36,571 nt of DNA, taken from Syntrophaceae bacterium (GTDB lineage: Bacteria > Desulfobacterota > BSN033 > UBA1163). This document shows positions 1 to 8,783 of this stretch, piece after piece. How positions within the stretch are numbered: the first letter of the stretch is position 1; every line of letters starts with the position of its first letter. Made by a program: the position numbers and the translations under genes. The notes under the pieces were generated by a model. That model was not told where the DNA came from. It saw nothing but the letters and a program-made list of their open reading frames with translations, and ran no database searches. The DNA is taken from assembly GCA_018333715.1 (NCBI GenBank), contig JAGXSW010000069.1, positions 1 through 36,571 of the forward strand, written 5' to 3'.

Positions 1-321
1 AAAGAGGTCTATGGGGCAGACGGTGTCTCCTGGTCCCCGGAGGCCGAAGCCAAGGCAAAACGGCTCGAAGCCAACCCTGAAATGAAGGATTATACGACCA
101 TGATGGTCAAATCCCATCTGAGTCTCTCTCATGATCCAACCAAAAAAGGAGTGCCAAAGGGGTGGATTTTGCCGATCCGGGATGTCCTGGTCTTCTCCGG
201 AGCAAAGTTTCTCTGCCCGATGGCTGGAGCGATCAGCCTGATGCCCGGAACAGCCTCTGATCCTGCCTACAGAAGGGTCGATGTGGATGTCGAAACCGGC
301 AAGGTAAAAGGTCTCTTCTAA
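1..321 (+). CDS. fhs: formate--tetrahydrofolate ligase, C-terminal fragment (5' end outside window)
   Basis: Frame 1 is open from base 1. The tail ...[23 protein letters not shown]...[28 protein letters not shown] matches the conserved Fhs C-terminus. Confidence 0.9.
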   Translation, partial: KEVYGADGVSWSPEAEAKAKRLEANPEMKDYTTMMVKSHLSLSHDPTKKGVPKGWILPIRDVLVFSGAKFLCPMAGAISLMPGTASDPAYRRVDVDVETGKVKGLF

Positions 322-328
322 ACAGAAA

Positions 329-361
329 AGAGGCGCGGCAATGCTGCGCCTCTTTTTTTTT
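329..361 (+). terminator. rho-independent terminator after fhs
   Basis: Stem agaggcgc (329-336) / gcgcctct (346-353) with a 9-nt loop, followed by a T8 run (354-361), 8 nt after the fhs stop. Confidence 0.75.
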
Positions 362-380
362 AAAACATCCAAATGGTGTT

Positions 381-409
381 TTGCGCCACCGGGGAATAAA
401 GGTTATAAA
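381..409 (+). promoter_or_regulatory. candidate sigma70-like promoter upstream of acsV
   Basis: TTGCGC (381-386), 17-nt spacer, TATAAA (404-409). Sequence-only guess. Confidence 0.25.
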
Positions 410-484
410 TAAGGAACCCATGAAAAACCAGGACCAAAGGAATTTGAATTTTTCCTGGATTCCTGGATTCCTAATAGATTATCA

Positions 485-2476
485 ATGCCGAAGCATCTGA
501 TTACTTTTTACCCCGGCGCAAAGAAAATCTCAGTCGACGAGGGGGAGAACCTCCTCCAGGCCGCTATGGAAGCAGGAATCCACATCAATGCATCCTGTGG
601 CGGGAGTGGAACCTGCGGGAAATGCAGGGTCCATCTCCTGAATGGGATAACCGATTCTCCGAAACATCCTAAGTTAACCCCGTTGGAATATGATCAGGGA
701 GACCGGCTCGCCTGCCTCACAACCATTCGTGGAGACATCGATATCGAAATCCCTATCGAATCTCAGGTCGACAAATCGGTTCTTGAAATCAAGGGGGACC
801 GGGAGGCGCATCAATATCTTCTTTCTCCACAGGATATTTATCAGCTCGTTCAGGACTGGGAGGTGGACCCTCCCGTATTCAAGAAATCTGTCCAGCTTGC
901 CCCCCCTACTCTCAAAGACAATGTGAGCGACCTGACCCGCCTGACCAATGCTCTCGAGCGACAGCATGACATCCGTGGAATCTCCCCGGATTTCCGGGTC
1001 ATCATGAAGTTAAGCAGAATCCTGCGGGAATCCGAATGGAACGTTACAGCCACCCTTGTTTTGACGAGGAAAGGTTATAAACTGATCAATGTGGAGCCTG
1101 GAGACGCCACCCATCAGAACTATTCGATTGTGCTGGATATCGGAACGACAACCGTCTCCGGCCAGATTCTTGACCTGAATAGCTGTGTTGTCGTCGCCTG
1201 CCCGGATGGGCAATGCGATGGGTCTACCCTCTTCGCCCTTGCTGAGGCCTCGGATTACAACGCCCAGATCAGTTACGGAGAGGATGTGATCACCCGAATC
1301 GTCTATTCGCAGAGGCATGGAGGGCTGAAAAAACTGCAGGAAGTGGTCGTCTCTACGATCAATAAGATCATTCAAGAACTGCTTGAAATGAGCAGGATCG
1401 ATCGGTCTCTCATTTCCCACATGGTCATTGCCGGAAATACGACGATGACCCAGATTCTTTTAGGACTCGATCCAAAGTATATTCGAGAAGTCCCTTATGT
1501 TCCCACAGCCAACTTCATCCCGCCGGTAAGAGCGGTTCATCTCGGAATCAATGTTGACGACCACGTCCATGCCTACATCTTTCCAATGGTGGCAAGTTAT
1601 GTCGGAGGGGATATTGTGGCCGGAATCCTCGGTTCAGGAATCTTTCAGAGAGAACCGCTCACTCTCTATATGGATATCGGCACCAATGGAGAGATCGTTC
1701 TTGGAAATAAGGATTGGCTCGCCAGCGTCTCTTGCTCCGCAGGCCCTGCCTTCGAAGGCGCAGGGATTAAATTCGGAATGAGAGCTACCCGAGGCGCCAT
1801 CGAAGAGGTCAATATCAATCACCGAACCTATGAACCCATGATCCTGACGATCGGAAGGGCCAGGCCCATTGGCATCTGCGGATCAGGATTGATCGACACC
1901 GTTGCCGCCCTCCTCGGAACGGGGATGATTGATCCCAAAGGAAAATTCCGGAGAGACCTTCGAACGGGCAGGGTCCGGATGGGGCCGGACGGTTATGAAT
2001 ATGTCCTTGCCAAAAAAGAGGAAACAGCGATCCATGAGGATATTGCACTGACGGAGATAGACATTGAGAATTTGATCCGAACCAAAGCAGCCATCTATGC
2101 GGGCTGTAAAGTTCTTCTCGATAGCGTCGGATTGAGTTTTAACGACCTTGAACGGATGATCATCGCCGGCGGTTTTGGCCGCCATCTCGATCTGGAAAAA
2201 GCCATTCTCATCGGTCTGCTTCCCGAGATTGACATCGATAAATTCATCTTTGTGGGAAATGGGTCTCTGTTGGGGACAAGGCTCCTCTCCTTCTCAAAGA
2301 ACCTTCTGAAAGAGGCGGAACGAATCGCCCTGATGATGACCAACCTCGAATTGAGCAATCATCCCGCCTTTATGAATGAATTCGTTGCGGCGATGTTTCT
2401 TCCCCATACCGACTCTTCTGCCTTTCCCCTGGTGACGGAAAGGCTCCAAAATGATCAGTGCAAATTGCAAAATTAG
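485..2476 (+). CDS. acsV: reductive activator of corrinoid Fe-S protein (RACo/AcsV): 2Fe-2S ferredoxin domain fused to ASKHA ATPase
   Basis: N-terminal plant-type 2Fe-2S motif CGGSGTCGKCRV...ACLT, then a large actin-like ATPase body (DIGTTTV, DIGTNGE, AGGFG). Size (663 aa) and WL context fit. Confidence 0.85.
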   Translation: MPKHLITFYPGAKKISVDEGENLLQAAMEAGIHINASCGGSGTCGKCRVHLLNGITDSPKHPKLTPLEYDQGDRLACLTTIRGDIDIEIPIESQVDKSVLEIKGDREAHQYLLSPQDIYQLVQDWEVDPPVFKKSVQLAPPTLKDNVSDLTRLTNALERQHDIRGISPDFRVIMKLSRILRESEWNVTATLVLTRKGYKLINVEPGDATHQNYSIVLDIGTTTVSGQILDLNSCVVVACPDGQCDGSTLFALAEASDYNAQISYGEDVITRIVYSQRHGGLKKLQEVVVSTINKIIQELLEMSRIDRSLISHMVIAGNTTMTQILLGLDPKYIREVPYVPTANFIPPVRAVHLGINVDDHVHAYIFPMVASYVGGDIVAGILGSGIFQREPLTLYMDIGTNGEIVLGNKDWLASVSCSAGPAFEGAGIKFGMRATRGAIEEVNINHRTYEPMILTIGRARPIGICGSGLIDTVAALLGTGMIDPKGKFRRDLRTGRVRMGPDGYEYVLAKKEETAIHEDIALTEIDIENLIRTKAAIYAGCKVLLDSVGLSFNDLERMIIAGGFGRHLDLEKAILIGLLPEIDIDKFIFVGNGSLLGTRLLSFSKNLLKEAERIALMMTNLELSNHPAFMNEFVAAMFLPHTDSSAFPLVTERLQNDQCKLQN

Positions 2477-2508
2477 CAATGATCAATTAGAAATGTTACG
2501 TTAAATTT

Positions 2509-2548
2509 TTTTGGTTATTGGAATTTGGTGATTGGAATTTAATAAATT
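2509..2548. repeat. ATTGG-word array (ggttattggaatttggtgattggaattt); related copies in opposite orientation at about 19449-19515 and 25486-25515
   Basis: Direct reading. The reverse complement of 19451-19485 and of 25486-25515 shares ggttattgg and atttggtgattggaattt blocks. Confidence 0.7.
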
Positions 2549-2602
2549 AGAACCATGAAAAGACAACAAAATCATTACTAAATTTAAAAGGGGGATAAAA
2601 AG

Positions 2603-3490
2603 ATGACGGCAAAATTGATCAATGGCAATGAAGTCGCACAGCAGATTCGGGAAGAATTGAAACAGGAGGTAGCCCAGATTAAAGAGAAATACAATGTCAC
2701 GCCGGGGCTGGTGACCATCCTGGTCGGCGAAAGCCCGGCCTCCATCAGTTATGTTACGGCAAAACAAAAAACCTCCAAGGACTTAGGATTTTATTCCATT
2801 CAGGACAACCAACCTGAGAACCTCACGGAAGAGCAGTTGCTCAACCTGATCGACAAATATAATAAGGATCCGAAGATCCACGGAATCCTGGTCCAGCTTC
2901 CACTGCCCAAACACATCAATGAGACCAAAATTCTTTACGCGATTGATCCGAAGAAGGATGTGGACGGCTTTCATCCTGTCAATGTGGGAAAACTGATGAT
3001 TGGCGAGGCCGATTTCCTTCCCTGCACTCCGGCGGGCATTCAACAACTCCTGATCCGCTCCGGCGCCAAGATCGATGGCGCAGAGGTCGTTGTCGTTGGG
3101 CGGTCGAATATCGTCGGGAAGCCCATTACGAACATGCTCCTCCAGAAACAGAAAGGAGCCAACGCCACCGTCACGATTTGCCATACCGGCACAAAGGATA
3201 TGGCCTTTCATACGAAAAGGGCTGATATTCTTATTGTGGCGGCAGGTAAACCGAAGGCGGTCACAGCCGATATGGTGAAGGAAGGGGTCGTTGTCATCGA
3301 TGTGGGTGTGAACCGGATCGGAATGACTCCCGAAGGAAAGGCTAAACTCTGCGGCGACGTCGATTTCGACGGAGTCAAGGAGAAGGCGAGCGCCATCACT
3401 CCCGTCCCCGGCGGAGTGGGACCCATGACCATCACCATGCTGATGATGAATACGGTCAAGGCGGCCAAAGTGGCGGCAGGGATAAAATAG
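2603..3490 (+). CDS. folD: bifunctional methylene-THF dehydrogenase / methenyl-THF cyclohydrolase
   Basis: 295 aa. LVTILVGESPASISYV, HGILVQLPLP, VVVVGRSNIVGKP and PVPGGVGPMT are classic FolD motifs. SD aggggg lies upstream. Confidence 0.95.
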   Translation: MTAKLINGNEVAQQIREELKQEVAQIKEKYNVTPGLVTILVGESPASISYVTAKQKTSKDLGFYSIQDNQPENLTEEQLLNLIDKYNKDPKIHGILVQLPLPKHINETKILYAIDPKKDVDGFHPVNVGKLMIGEADFLPCTPAGIQQLLIRSGAKIDGAEVVVVGRSNIVGKPITNMLLQKQKGANATVTICHTGTKDMAFHTKRADILIVAAGKPKAVTADMVKEGVVVIDVGVNRIGMTPEGKAKLCGDVDFDGVKEKASAITPVPGGVGPMTITMLMMNTVKAAKVAAGIK

Positions 3491-3564
3491 TCGGATAGTC
3501 AAATAGTCGATTAGTCGTATAGTGAAAGACTAAAAGACTATGAGACTATATGACTCTAGGACTA
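3488..3564. repeat. beaded hairpin: 5 x TAGTC words (period 8) facing 5 x GACTA words (period 8)
   Basis: tagtc at 3488, 3496, 3504, 3512 and (tagtg) 3520. gacta at 3528, 3536, 3544, (gactc) 3552 and 3560. Symmetric about 3526. The first word contains the folD stop; the last ends 3 nt before ATG 3568. Confidence 0.85.
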
Positions 3565-3567
3565 ATC

Positions 3568-4317
3568 ATGAAGATTGCGGTCTCCGGCAAGGGGGGGACG
3601 GGTAAGACGACCATAGCCGCTCTGATTCTCCGTTACCTCCTCCAGAAAAACTACAAACCCATTCTCGCTGTCGATGCCGACCCCAACTCCAACTTCGGCG
3701 ATGCCCTTGGCGTGAAGGTGCAAAGCACGGTTGGAAAGGTTTTGGACGGTTTTTTAAAGGATAAAGAGAGCCTGGCGATGGGAGTGGTCAAGGAGTCCCT
3801 GATTGACTACAAACTCTCGGAGATCCTGGCCGAAGAGAAGGGTTTTGATCTCTTGAGCATGGGACAGGGAGAAGGACCGGGCTGTTACTGTTATCCCAAT
3901 ACCATCATCCGGAATTACATTGAAAAGCTCGCTTCCAACTATAAACATGTGGTGATCGATAATGAAGCGGGAATGGAGCACATCTCAAGGAGGACCAACG
4001 GGAGCCTCGATGTGCTCTTTCTGGTCTCCGATCCATCCATGAAGGGAATCAGGACCTGCAAGAAACTCGAAGACCTGGTCAGCGAATTGGGTTTAAACAT
4101 CAAAAAGACTTACCTGCTCATCAACAGGGTCTCACACGAGACTCCGCCTCAGATAGAGGAGGAGATTAAGAGATTGAATCTCAACCTTCTCGAAATCATC
4201 CCGGAAGACGAACATATTGTTGACTATGAACTGAGAGGGATCGCCATGCTCAATTTAGAAGAGTCAAGCCCCTCTGTCATCAAAATAACGGAGGCCATGG
4301 CAAAGATATTTCCATGA
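3568..4317 (+). CDS. cooC: CooC/AcsF-type Ni-insertion ATPase for CODH/ACS
   Basis: P-loop GKGGTGKTT at the N-terminus, CooC-type CxC motif GPGCYCYP, MinD-like fold. Start MKIAVSGKGG (3568) is preferred; ATG 3550 is possible. Confidence 0.85.
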   Translation: MKIAVSGKGGTGKTTIAALILRYLLQKNYKPILAVDADPNSNFGDALGVKVQSTVGKVLDGFLKDKESLAMGVVKESLIDYKLSEILAEEKGFDLLSMGQGEGPGCYCYPNTIIRNYIEKLASNYKHVVIDNEAGMEHISRRTNGSLDVLFLVSDPSMKGIRTCKKLEDLVSELGLNIKKTYLLINRVSHETPPQIEEEIKRLNLNLLEIIPEDEHIVDYELRGIAMLNLEESSPSVIKITEAMAKIFP

Positions 4318-4328
4318 AACCATAACCC

Positions 4329-4386
4329 GTAACTTAGCCCTTTAGGGATGAGTTTTCAGGGCTCCTGCGGCAGGGCCCTGAGTTAC
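4329..4386. repeat. REP-like multi-hairpin unit (outer stem gtaacttag/ctgagttac)
   Basis: 9-bp outer stem (one G-U) encloses the small hairpins ccctttaggg and agggc...gccct. Confidence 0.5.
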
Positions 4387-4446
4387 ATATTCGACAAAGC
4401 ATTTATCCTTCATAATTGAGGGATTACAAAAGTGAGACAAATTCCA

Positions 4447-4476
4447 TTGACAACCTTTTGTAAAAAGTTTTACACT
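4447..4476 (+). promoter_or_regulatory. candidate sigma70-like promoter for the acsE operon
   Basis: TTGACA (4447-4452), 18-nt spacer, TACACT (4471-4476), within a 292-nt non-coding gap. Confidence 0.3.
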
Positions 4477-4498
4477 TATTTGTGAAATATTTCGTTAA

Positions 4499-4593
4499 CC
4501 CCGTTAGAAATTCCAGCGGGGCATTAAGTCCCGCCGGAATAATTCTGAAATGTAACACCGCTGCAGAGCAGTGGGGCATTATTTCTAACGGGG
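4499..4593 (+). promoter_or_regulatory. structured 5' leader element directly upstream of the acsE SD
   Basis: Perfect 13-bp outer stem ccccgttagaaat (4499-4511) / atttctaacgggg (4581-4593) encloses two inner hairpins. SD aggagg (4599-4604) starts 6 nt after it. Confidence 0.4.
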
Positions 4594-4609
4594 TAAAAAG
4601 GAGGAACGT

Positions 4610-5482
4610 ATGATTTTAATTGGGGAAAATATTCAAATTCTATCAAAAGTCGTTTCCAATGCCCTGAAAGAAAAGGATGAAAAACCATTGCAGGAACTTG
4701 CAATCAAACAGGCCAAGGCAGGGGCTGACTACATCGATCTCAATATCGGTCCCGCAAGAAAAGACCCCGAAGTGATGAAGTGGCTTGCGGGGGTCATTCA
4801 GGAGGTCGTCAAAAAGCCCCTTTCGCTGGATACGACCAATCCGGTTGCCATGGAGGCAGGTCTCTCCGTATGCAAAATTCCCCCATTGATCAATTCCGCT
4901 TCCGGCAAGCAGGAGAGCAAGGAGAAGATGCTTCCACTGGCCGCCAAGTATAATTGTGATGTTGTCCTTTCGGTGTTGATCGATGCAGGAATACCAACCG
5001 ATTCCTCATCGAGAGCAGAGGCGATTATGGAGACGGTCGCCTATGCCAATGAGATTGGAATCCCCAATGAAAGGATCTGGGTCGACCCCATTATGATGCC
5101 CATCTCGGTCGATCAACCTCAGGTCGTTGAGCTTTTTGAGTTTATGAAGATCCTCCAGGATATCTGTCCGGGCGCCAAATCAACTCTGGGTCTTTCCAAT
5201 ATCTCCAATGGCACTCCTGAGCACTTAAGAGGGATATTAAACCGTATCTGCCTGGCGATGCTCGATCGATATGGCTGTTTTTCCGCCATTGTGGATAGCT
5301 TTGATGAGGAACTGGTAAAGCTCGCCAAGGGACAATTGCCGGACATCAAAAATTTGATCTACAGAGCCATGGATGAAGAGGTGGATACATCCAGCCTTCC
5401 AAAAAAAGAAACAGACATTGTCAAGACGGTCAACGTGATCATGGGAAGATCCCTCTACTCCCATTCGTGGTTGGAAACATAG
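4610..5482 (+). CDS. acsE: methyl-THF:corrinoid Fe-S protein methyltransferase
   Basis: 290 aa pterin-binding (DHPS-like) barrel: MILIGENIQ, DYIDLNIGP, SLDTTNP, LGLSNISNG. Strong SD. Confidence 0.9.
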   Translation: MILIGENIQILSKVVSNALKEKDEKPLQELAIKQAKAGADYIDLNIGPARKDPEVMKWLAGVIQEVVKKPLSLDTTNPVAMEAGLSVCKIPPLINSASGKQESKEKMLPLAAKYNCDVVLSVLIDAGIPTDSSSRAEAIMETVAYANEIGIPNERIWVDPIMMPISVDQPQVVELFEFMKILQDICPGAKSTLGLSNISNGTPEHLRGILNRICLAMLDRYGCFSAIVDSFDEELVKLAKGQLPDIKNLIYRAMDEEVDTSSLPKKETDIVKTVNVIMGRSLYSHSWLET

Positions 5483-5483
5483 T

Positions 5484-5553
5484 GACACGAATATCACGAA
5501 TAAAAACGAATGAAACGAATATTCGTGTGATTCGTTCTCATTCGTGCCATTCG
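5484..5553. repeat. palindromic word array: 4 x ACGAAT facing 4 x ATTCGT
   Basis: acgaat at 5487, 5496, 5506 and 5515. attcgt at 5521, 5530, 5540 and 5549. Spacer lengths 3, 4, 3 are mirrored on both arms. Centre is at 5520/5521. Confidence 0.85.
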
Positions 5554-5573
5554 ATAATAAAAAGGAGGCAAGT

Positions 5574-6476
5574 ATGCAACTCAACGATTTTTTTGAACCC
5601 TATAAGGGTGAAACTAAAGAGGTCGCCATCGGACCTTCAGGTAAAGCAGTGAAACTGGGCGGCGAGCAGACCCTGCCCTTCCATGCTTTTGAAGGAAAAG
5701 AGGGAGCGCCTGTTCGATTCGCTCTGGAAGTGTTTGATGCCCCTCCCGAAGGCTGGCCGGAACACCTCCGTTCCTCTTATGCGGATGTCCTCTCGGACCC
5801 CGTGGCCTGGGCGGATAAATGCACAAACCAATACGGCGCTGACCTGATCTCCCTTTATCTATCCAGTCTGGATAGCGAGAATGCTGATCCCACAAAAATC
5901 GCCGAAAAGGTGAAAGACATTGCAGACCACATCTCCGTTCCTCTCATTGTCCTGGGGGTTGGGGATAAGGATAAGGATGCAAAAGCCCTCGTCGAAATAG
6001 CCAGGGTCTGCACGGGCAAAAATCTCCTCCTCGGCCCCCTGGTAAAAGAAAATTATGAGGAGATTGCAAAGGCCGCACTGGAGGGAGGGCACAGTATTAT
6101 TCCTCAGAGCCCTCTCGACATCAATCTCTGCAAGGAACTCAATGTGAAATTGGCCAAGTTCTTCCCGAAGGAGAGGGTCGTCATCGACCCCTTATCCGCA
6201 GCCATCGGCTATGGAATCGATTACTCCTTCTCGATTATGGAGCGGGTCAAGCAGGTGGCGGTCATTCATAATGACGAAATGATGAAGGTCCCCATGGTTG
6301 CCAATATCGGAAAGGACTGCTGGAAGACAAAGGAGGCTAAGGAAGATAAAACTCAGGGAATACTTTGGGAAGCCCTGACGGCTTTCACCCTGATTTTAGC
6401 CGGGGCAAACCTTGTGATCATGCGGCACCCGGAGAGTTTGAAACTGGTCAAAAAATTAGTTTCTGGAAAGGAGTAA
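5574..6476 (+). CDS. acsD: corrinoid Fe-S protein small subunit (ACDS delta)
   Basis: About 300 aa TIM-barrel protein next to acsE and cdhA, similar to CdhD/AcsD. SD aggagg (5564-5569) favours ATG 5574 over the ORF-track start 5544. Confidence 0.85.
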   Translation: MQLNDFFEPYKGETKEVAIGPSGKAVKLGGEQTLPFHAFEGKEGAPVRFALEVFDAPPEGWPEHLRSSYADVLSDPVAWADKCTNQYGADLISLYLSSLDSENADPTKIAEKVKDIADHISVPLIVLGVGDKDKDAKALVEIARVCTGKNLLLGPLVKENYEEIAKAALEGGHSIIPQSPLDINLCKELNVKLAKFFPKERVVIDPLSAAIGYGIDYSFSIMERVKQVAVIHNDEMMKVPMVANIGKDCWKTKEAKEDKTQGILWEALTAFTLILAGANLVIMRHPESLKLVKKLVSGKE

Positions 6477-6479
6477 CCC

Positions 6480-8783
6480 ATGAGTAAAGGAGCTGTGAAA
6501 CAAAAGGAGATCAATAAGATTATCAGGGCGGAAGATAACTGGGAACCAGTTGGTCCAACCCCTATGCCGGAAATATCCGATTTGCGACGATGGGATATGC
6601 GGCTTTTGAAGACTTATAAACCTTTTTATGCCCCCTTCTGCGACGTCTGCTGTTTCTGCACTTACGGAAAATGCGATCTCACCGAGGATAAGAAGGGCGC
6701 CTGCGGCATCAATATCGCGGGCCAGCAGGGAAGATGGGGGTTGATGTTCTCCCTGATGGGATGCTCGGCCCATGGCGCCCACGCTCGCCATCTGGTGGAC
6801 TACCTCATCGAGAAGTACGGTGAAGATTATAAGATCGATCTGGGCGGCCAGGTGGATGTGGAAGCGCCCCATATGAGGACGGTCATGGGGCTCAAGCCGG
6901 AGACGCTGGGCGATCTTAAAAAGGGGATTGAATATGTGGAGAGGGGCATCATCCATGGTGTCTCAGCCACCCATATGGGACAGGAGGGAAGCGATCTTGA
7001 TTTCGAGTCCAAATCCATGCACATCGGGATGCTCGATCATGTGGCCATGGAGGTTGCGGACATTGCCCAGACCATTGGATTCAAGTTCCCAACCTCTGTC
7101 GCTGAAACGCCTCTTTCAGGCCTGGGTTGGGGTTCGGTTGACAAAGACAAACCCGTTGTCACCTGCGTGGGACATAATGCCGCAGTAGCGACGGTGATGA
7201 TTGACCATCTGATGAAAGCGGGCATATACGATCAGGTGGAAGTCACAGGGATCTGCTGCACGTCCCATGACAATATCCGGTATTCGGACAAGGCAAAGAT
7301 CATCGGGCCCCTTTCAAAACAGATATTTTTTCTGAAGACAGGGATTGCAGATCTGGTAATGACCGACGAACAGTGCGTGCGGTGCGATATTCCTGAACTG
7401 GCAAAAGCCACGGGCAGCGCACTGATCGCCACATCCGACAAGATTAGCTATGGTCTTGATGATATGACCCACAAGGAGGTTGATGAGATTGTCCGGCTGG
7501 TCGTGGAGGAGGGCAAACAGGTCTTGATCCGTGACGTGGACAAAGCAGGAGAAGTCGCTGCCAAAGTTCTTCCACTTGTCGCTAAAAACCGGAAGGACAA
7601 GAAAGTGATTGTCACAAAGGATATGGCGCAGGAATTGGCTCAGACCTGTAAGACCTGTCAACTCTGTGACCGGGTCTGCCCCAACTTCCTGAATATCTCA
7701 GACGCCCTTGCCGATGTGCAGAAAGGGAAATTTGACCTCATGAGCGCAGTCTTTGCAAGATGCGTGGGCTGCGGAAAATGTGAGCAGGAATGCGCAAAGG
7801 AAGTGCCCATCATCAAGATCATGCAGGCGGCAGCCTCCTGGGACACCTATAATATCAGAGTTGGAAGAGGGCCGATCCAGGACGTGGAGATCAGAAAGGT
7901 GGGGGCGCCGATTGTCTTAGGGACCATTCCGGGTATTATCGCCATTGTCGGCTGCTCCAACTATCCTGAAGAGATTGAGGAAGTCGCTGAAATCGCCGAG
8001 GAGTTTGCAAAGCGGAAATATATCGTCGTCCTTTCCGGCTGTGCCGCCATGGCCGCCGGGATGAAAAAGGATGCCGAGGGAAAAACCATCTATGATAAGT
8101 ATAAACCCGAGTTTGACGCAGGCGGTGTGCTCAATGTGGGAAGCTGTGTCGCTAATGCCCATATCACCGGAGCAGCCATGAAGGTCGCCAACATCTTCGC
8201 CAAGCTGCCGCTGCGGGCTAACTACGAGGTCATTGCCGACTATATTCTGAATCGGGTAGGAGCCGTGGGTCTGGTCTGGGGCTCTTACTCCCAGAAGGCC
8301 TTTACCATTGGAACGGGATGCAATCGCATGGGCATTCCTGTTGTCCTCGGTCCCCATTCTGCGAAATACCGGAGACTCTATCTATCGAGAAAGGAAGAGG
8401 ACGACTGGACCGTTATGGACGGAAGAAAGAAGGAACTCGTCAACACCGAGGAGCCTTCTCCCGAACATCTGATGGTCGTCACTGAAAGCAAAGAGCGGGC
8501 CATGATCACCCTTGCGAGGCTCTGTATTCGGAAGAACGATACCGCCCAAGGAAGGCAGATCAAACTGAATCACTACATCTCTCTCTATAAACAGCATATG
8601 GGTTCCCTTCCCGATGATCTGCAGAACTTTGTAAGGAACGACAAGGACATACCCATCGTCTATAAGAAAGAGGTGAGTGAATATCTGAAGACAGTGGGTT
8701 GGAAACCTAAACCCCTTCTCACCTTACCCACCTTTATCGGGACATATGAAAGCAATATCCCCATCGATGCGGTGGTTAAATGA
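6480..8783 (+). CDS. cdhA: archaeal-type CO dehydrogenase catalytic subunit (ACDS alpha)
   Basis: 767 aa. N-terminal Cys cluster FCDVCCFCTYGKCDL...GACGI. Internal 2x[4Fe-4S] insertion CKTCQLCDRVCP / CVGCGKCEQEC, typical of CdhA rather than the bacterial AcsA/CooS. Confidence 0.9.
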   Translation: MSKGAVKQKEINKIIRAEDNWEPVGPTPMPEISDLRRWDMRLLKTYKPFYAPFCDVCCFCTYGKCDLTEDKKGACGINIAGQQGRWGLMFSLMGCSAHGAHARHLVDYLIEKYGEDYKIDLGGQVDVEAPHMRTVMGLKPETLGDLKKGIEYVERGIIHGVSATHMGQEGSDLDFESKSMHIGMLDHVAMEVADIAQTIGFKFPTSVAETPLSGLGWGSVDKDKPVVTCVGHNAAVATVMIDHLMKAGIYDQVEVTGICCTSHDNIRYSDKAKIIGPLSKQIFFLKTGIADLVMTDEQCVRCDIPELAKATGSALIATSDKISYGLDDMTHKEVDEIVRLVVEEGKQVLIRDVDKAGEVAAKVLPLVAKNRKDKKVIVTKDMAQELAQTCKTCQLCDRVCPNFLNISDALADVQKGKFDLMSAVFARCVGCGKCEQECAKEVPIIKIMQAAASWDTYNIRVGRGPIQDVEIRKVGAPIVLGTIPGIIAIVGCSNYPEEIEEVAEIAEEFAKRKYIVVLSGCAAMAAGMKKDAEGKTIYDKYKPEFDAGGVLNVGSCVANAHITGAAMKVANIFAKLPLRANYEVIADYILNRVGAVGLVWGSYSQKAFTIGTGCNRMGIPVVLGPHSAKYRRLYLSRKEEDDWTVMDGRKKELVNTEEPSPEHLMVVTESKERAMITLARLCIRKNDTAQGRQIKLNHYISLYKQHMGSLPDDLQNFVRNDKDIPIVYKKEVSEYLKTVGWKPKPLLTLPTFIGTYESNIPIDAVVK

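Noticed and set aside
2783-3502. 239-aa minus-strand ORF
   Set aside because: It is antisense to folD, has low-complexity His/Asp/Gly-rich composition and no SD.
3488-3564. Periodic repeats considered as a CRISPR array
   Set aside because: The period is 7-10 nt, there are no 25-40 nt spacers, and the arms are inverted rather than direct. No cas genes are present.
4499-4593. Cobalamin or THF riboswitch upstream of acsE
   Set aside because: I cannot find the B12-box or THF-aptamer core on the + strand. The architecture resembles the REP-like units seen elsewhere, so it is kept only as an unclassified structured leader.
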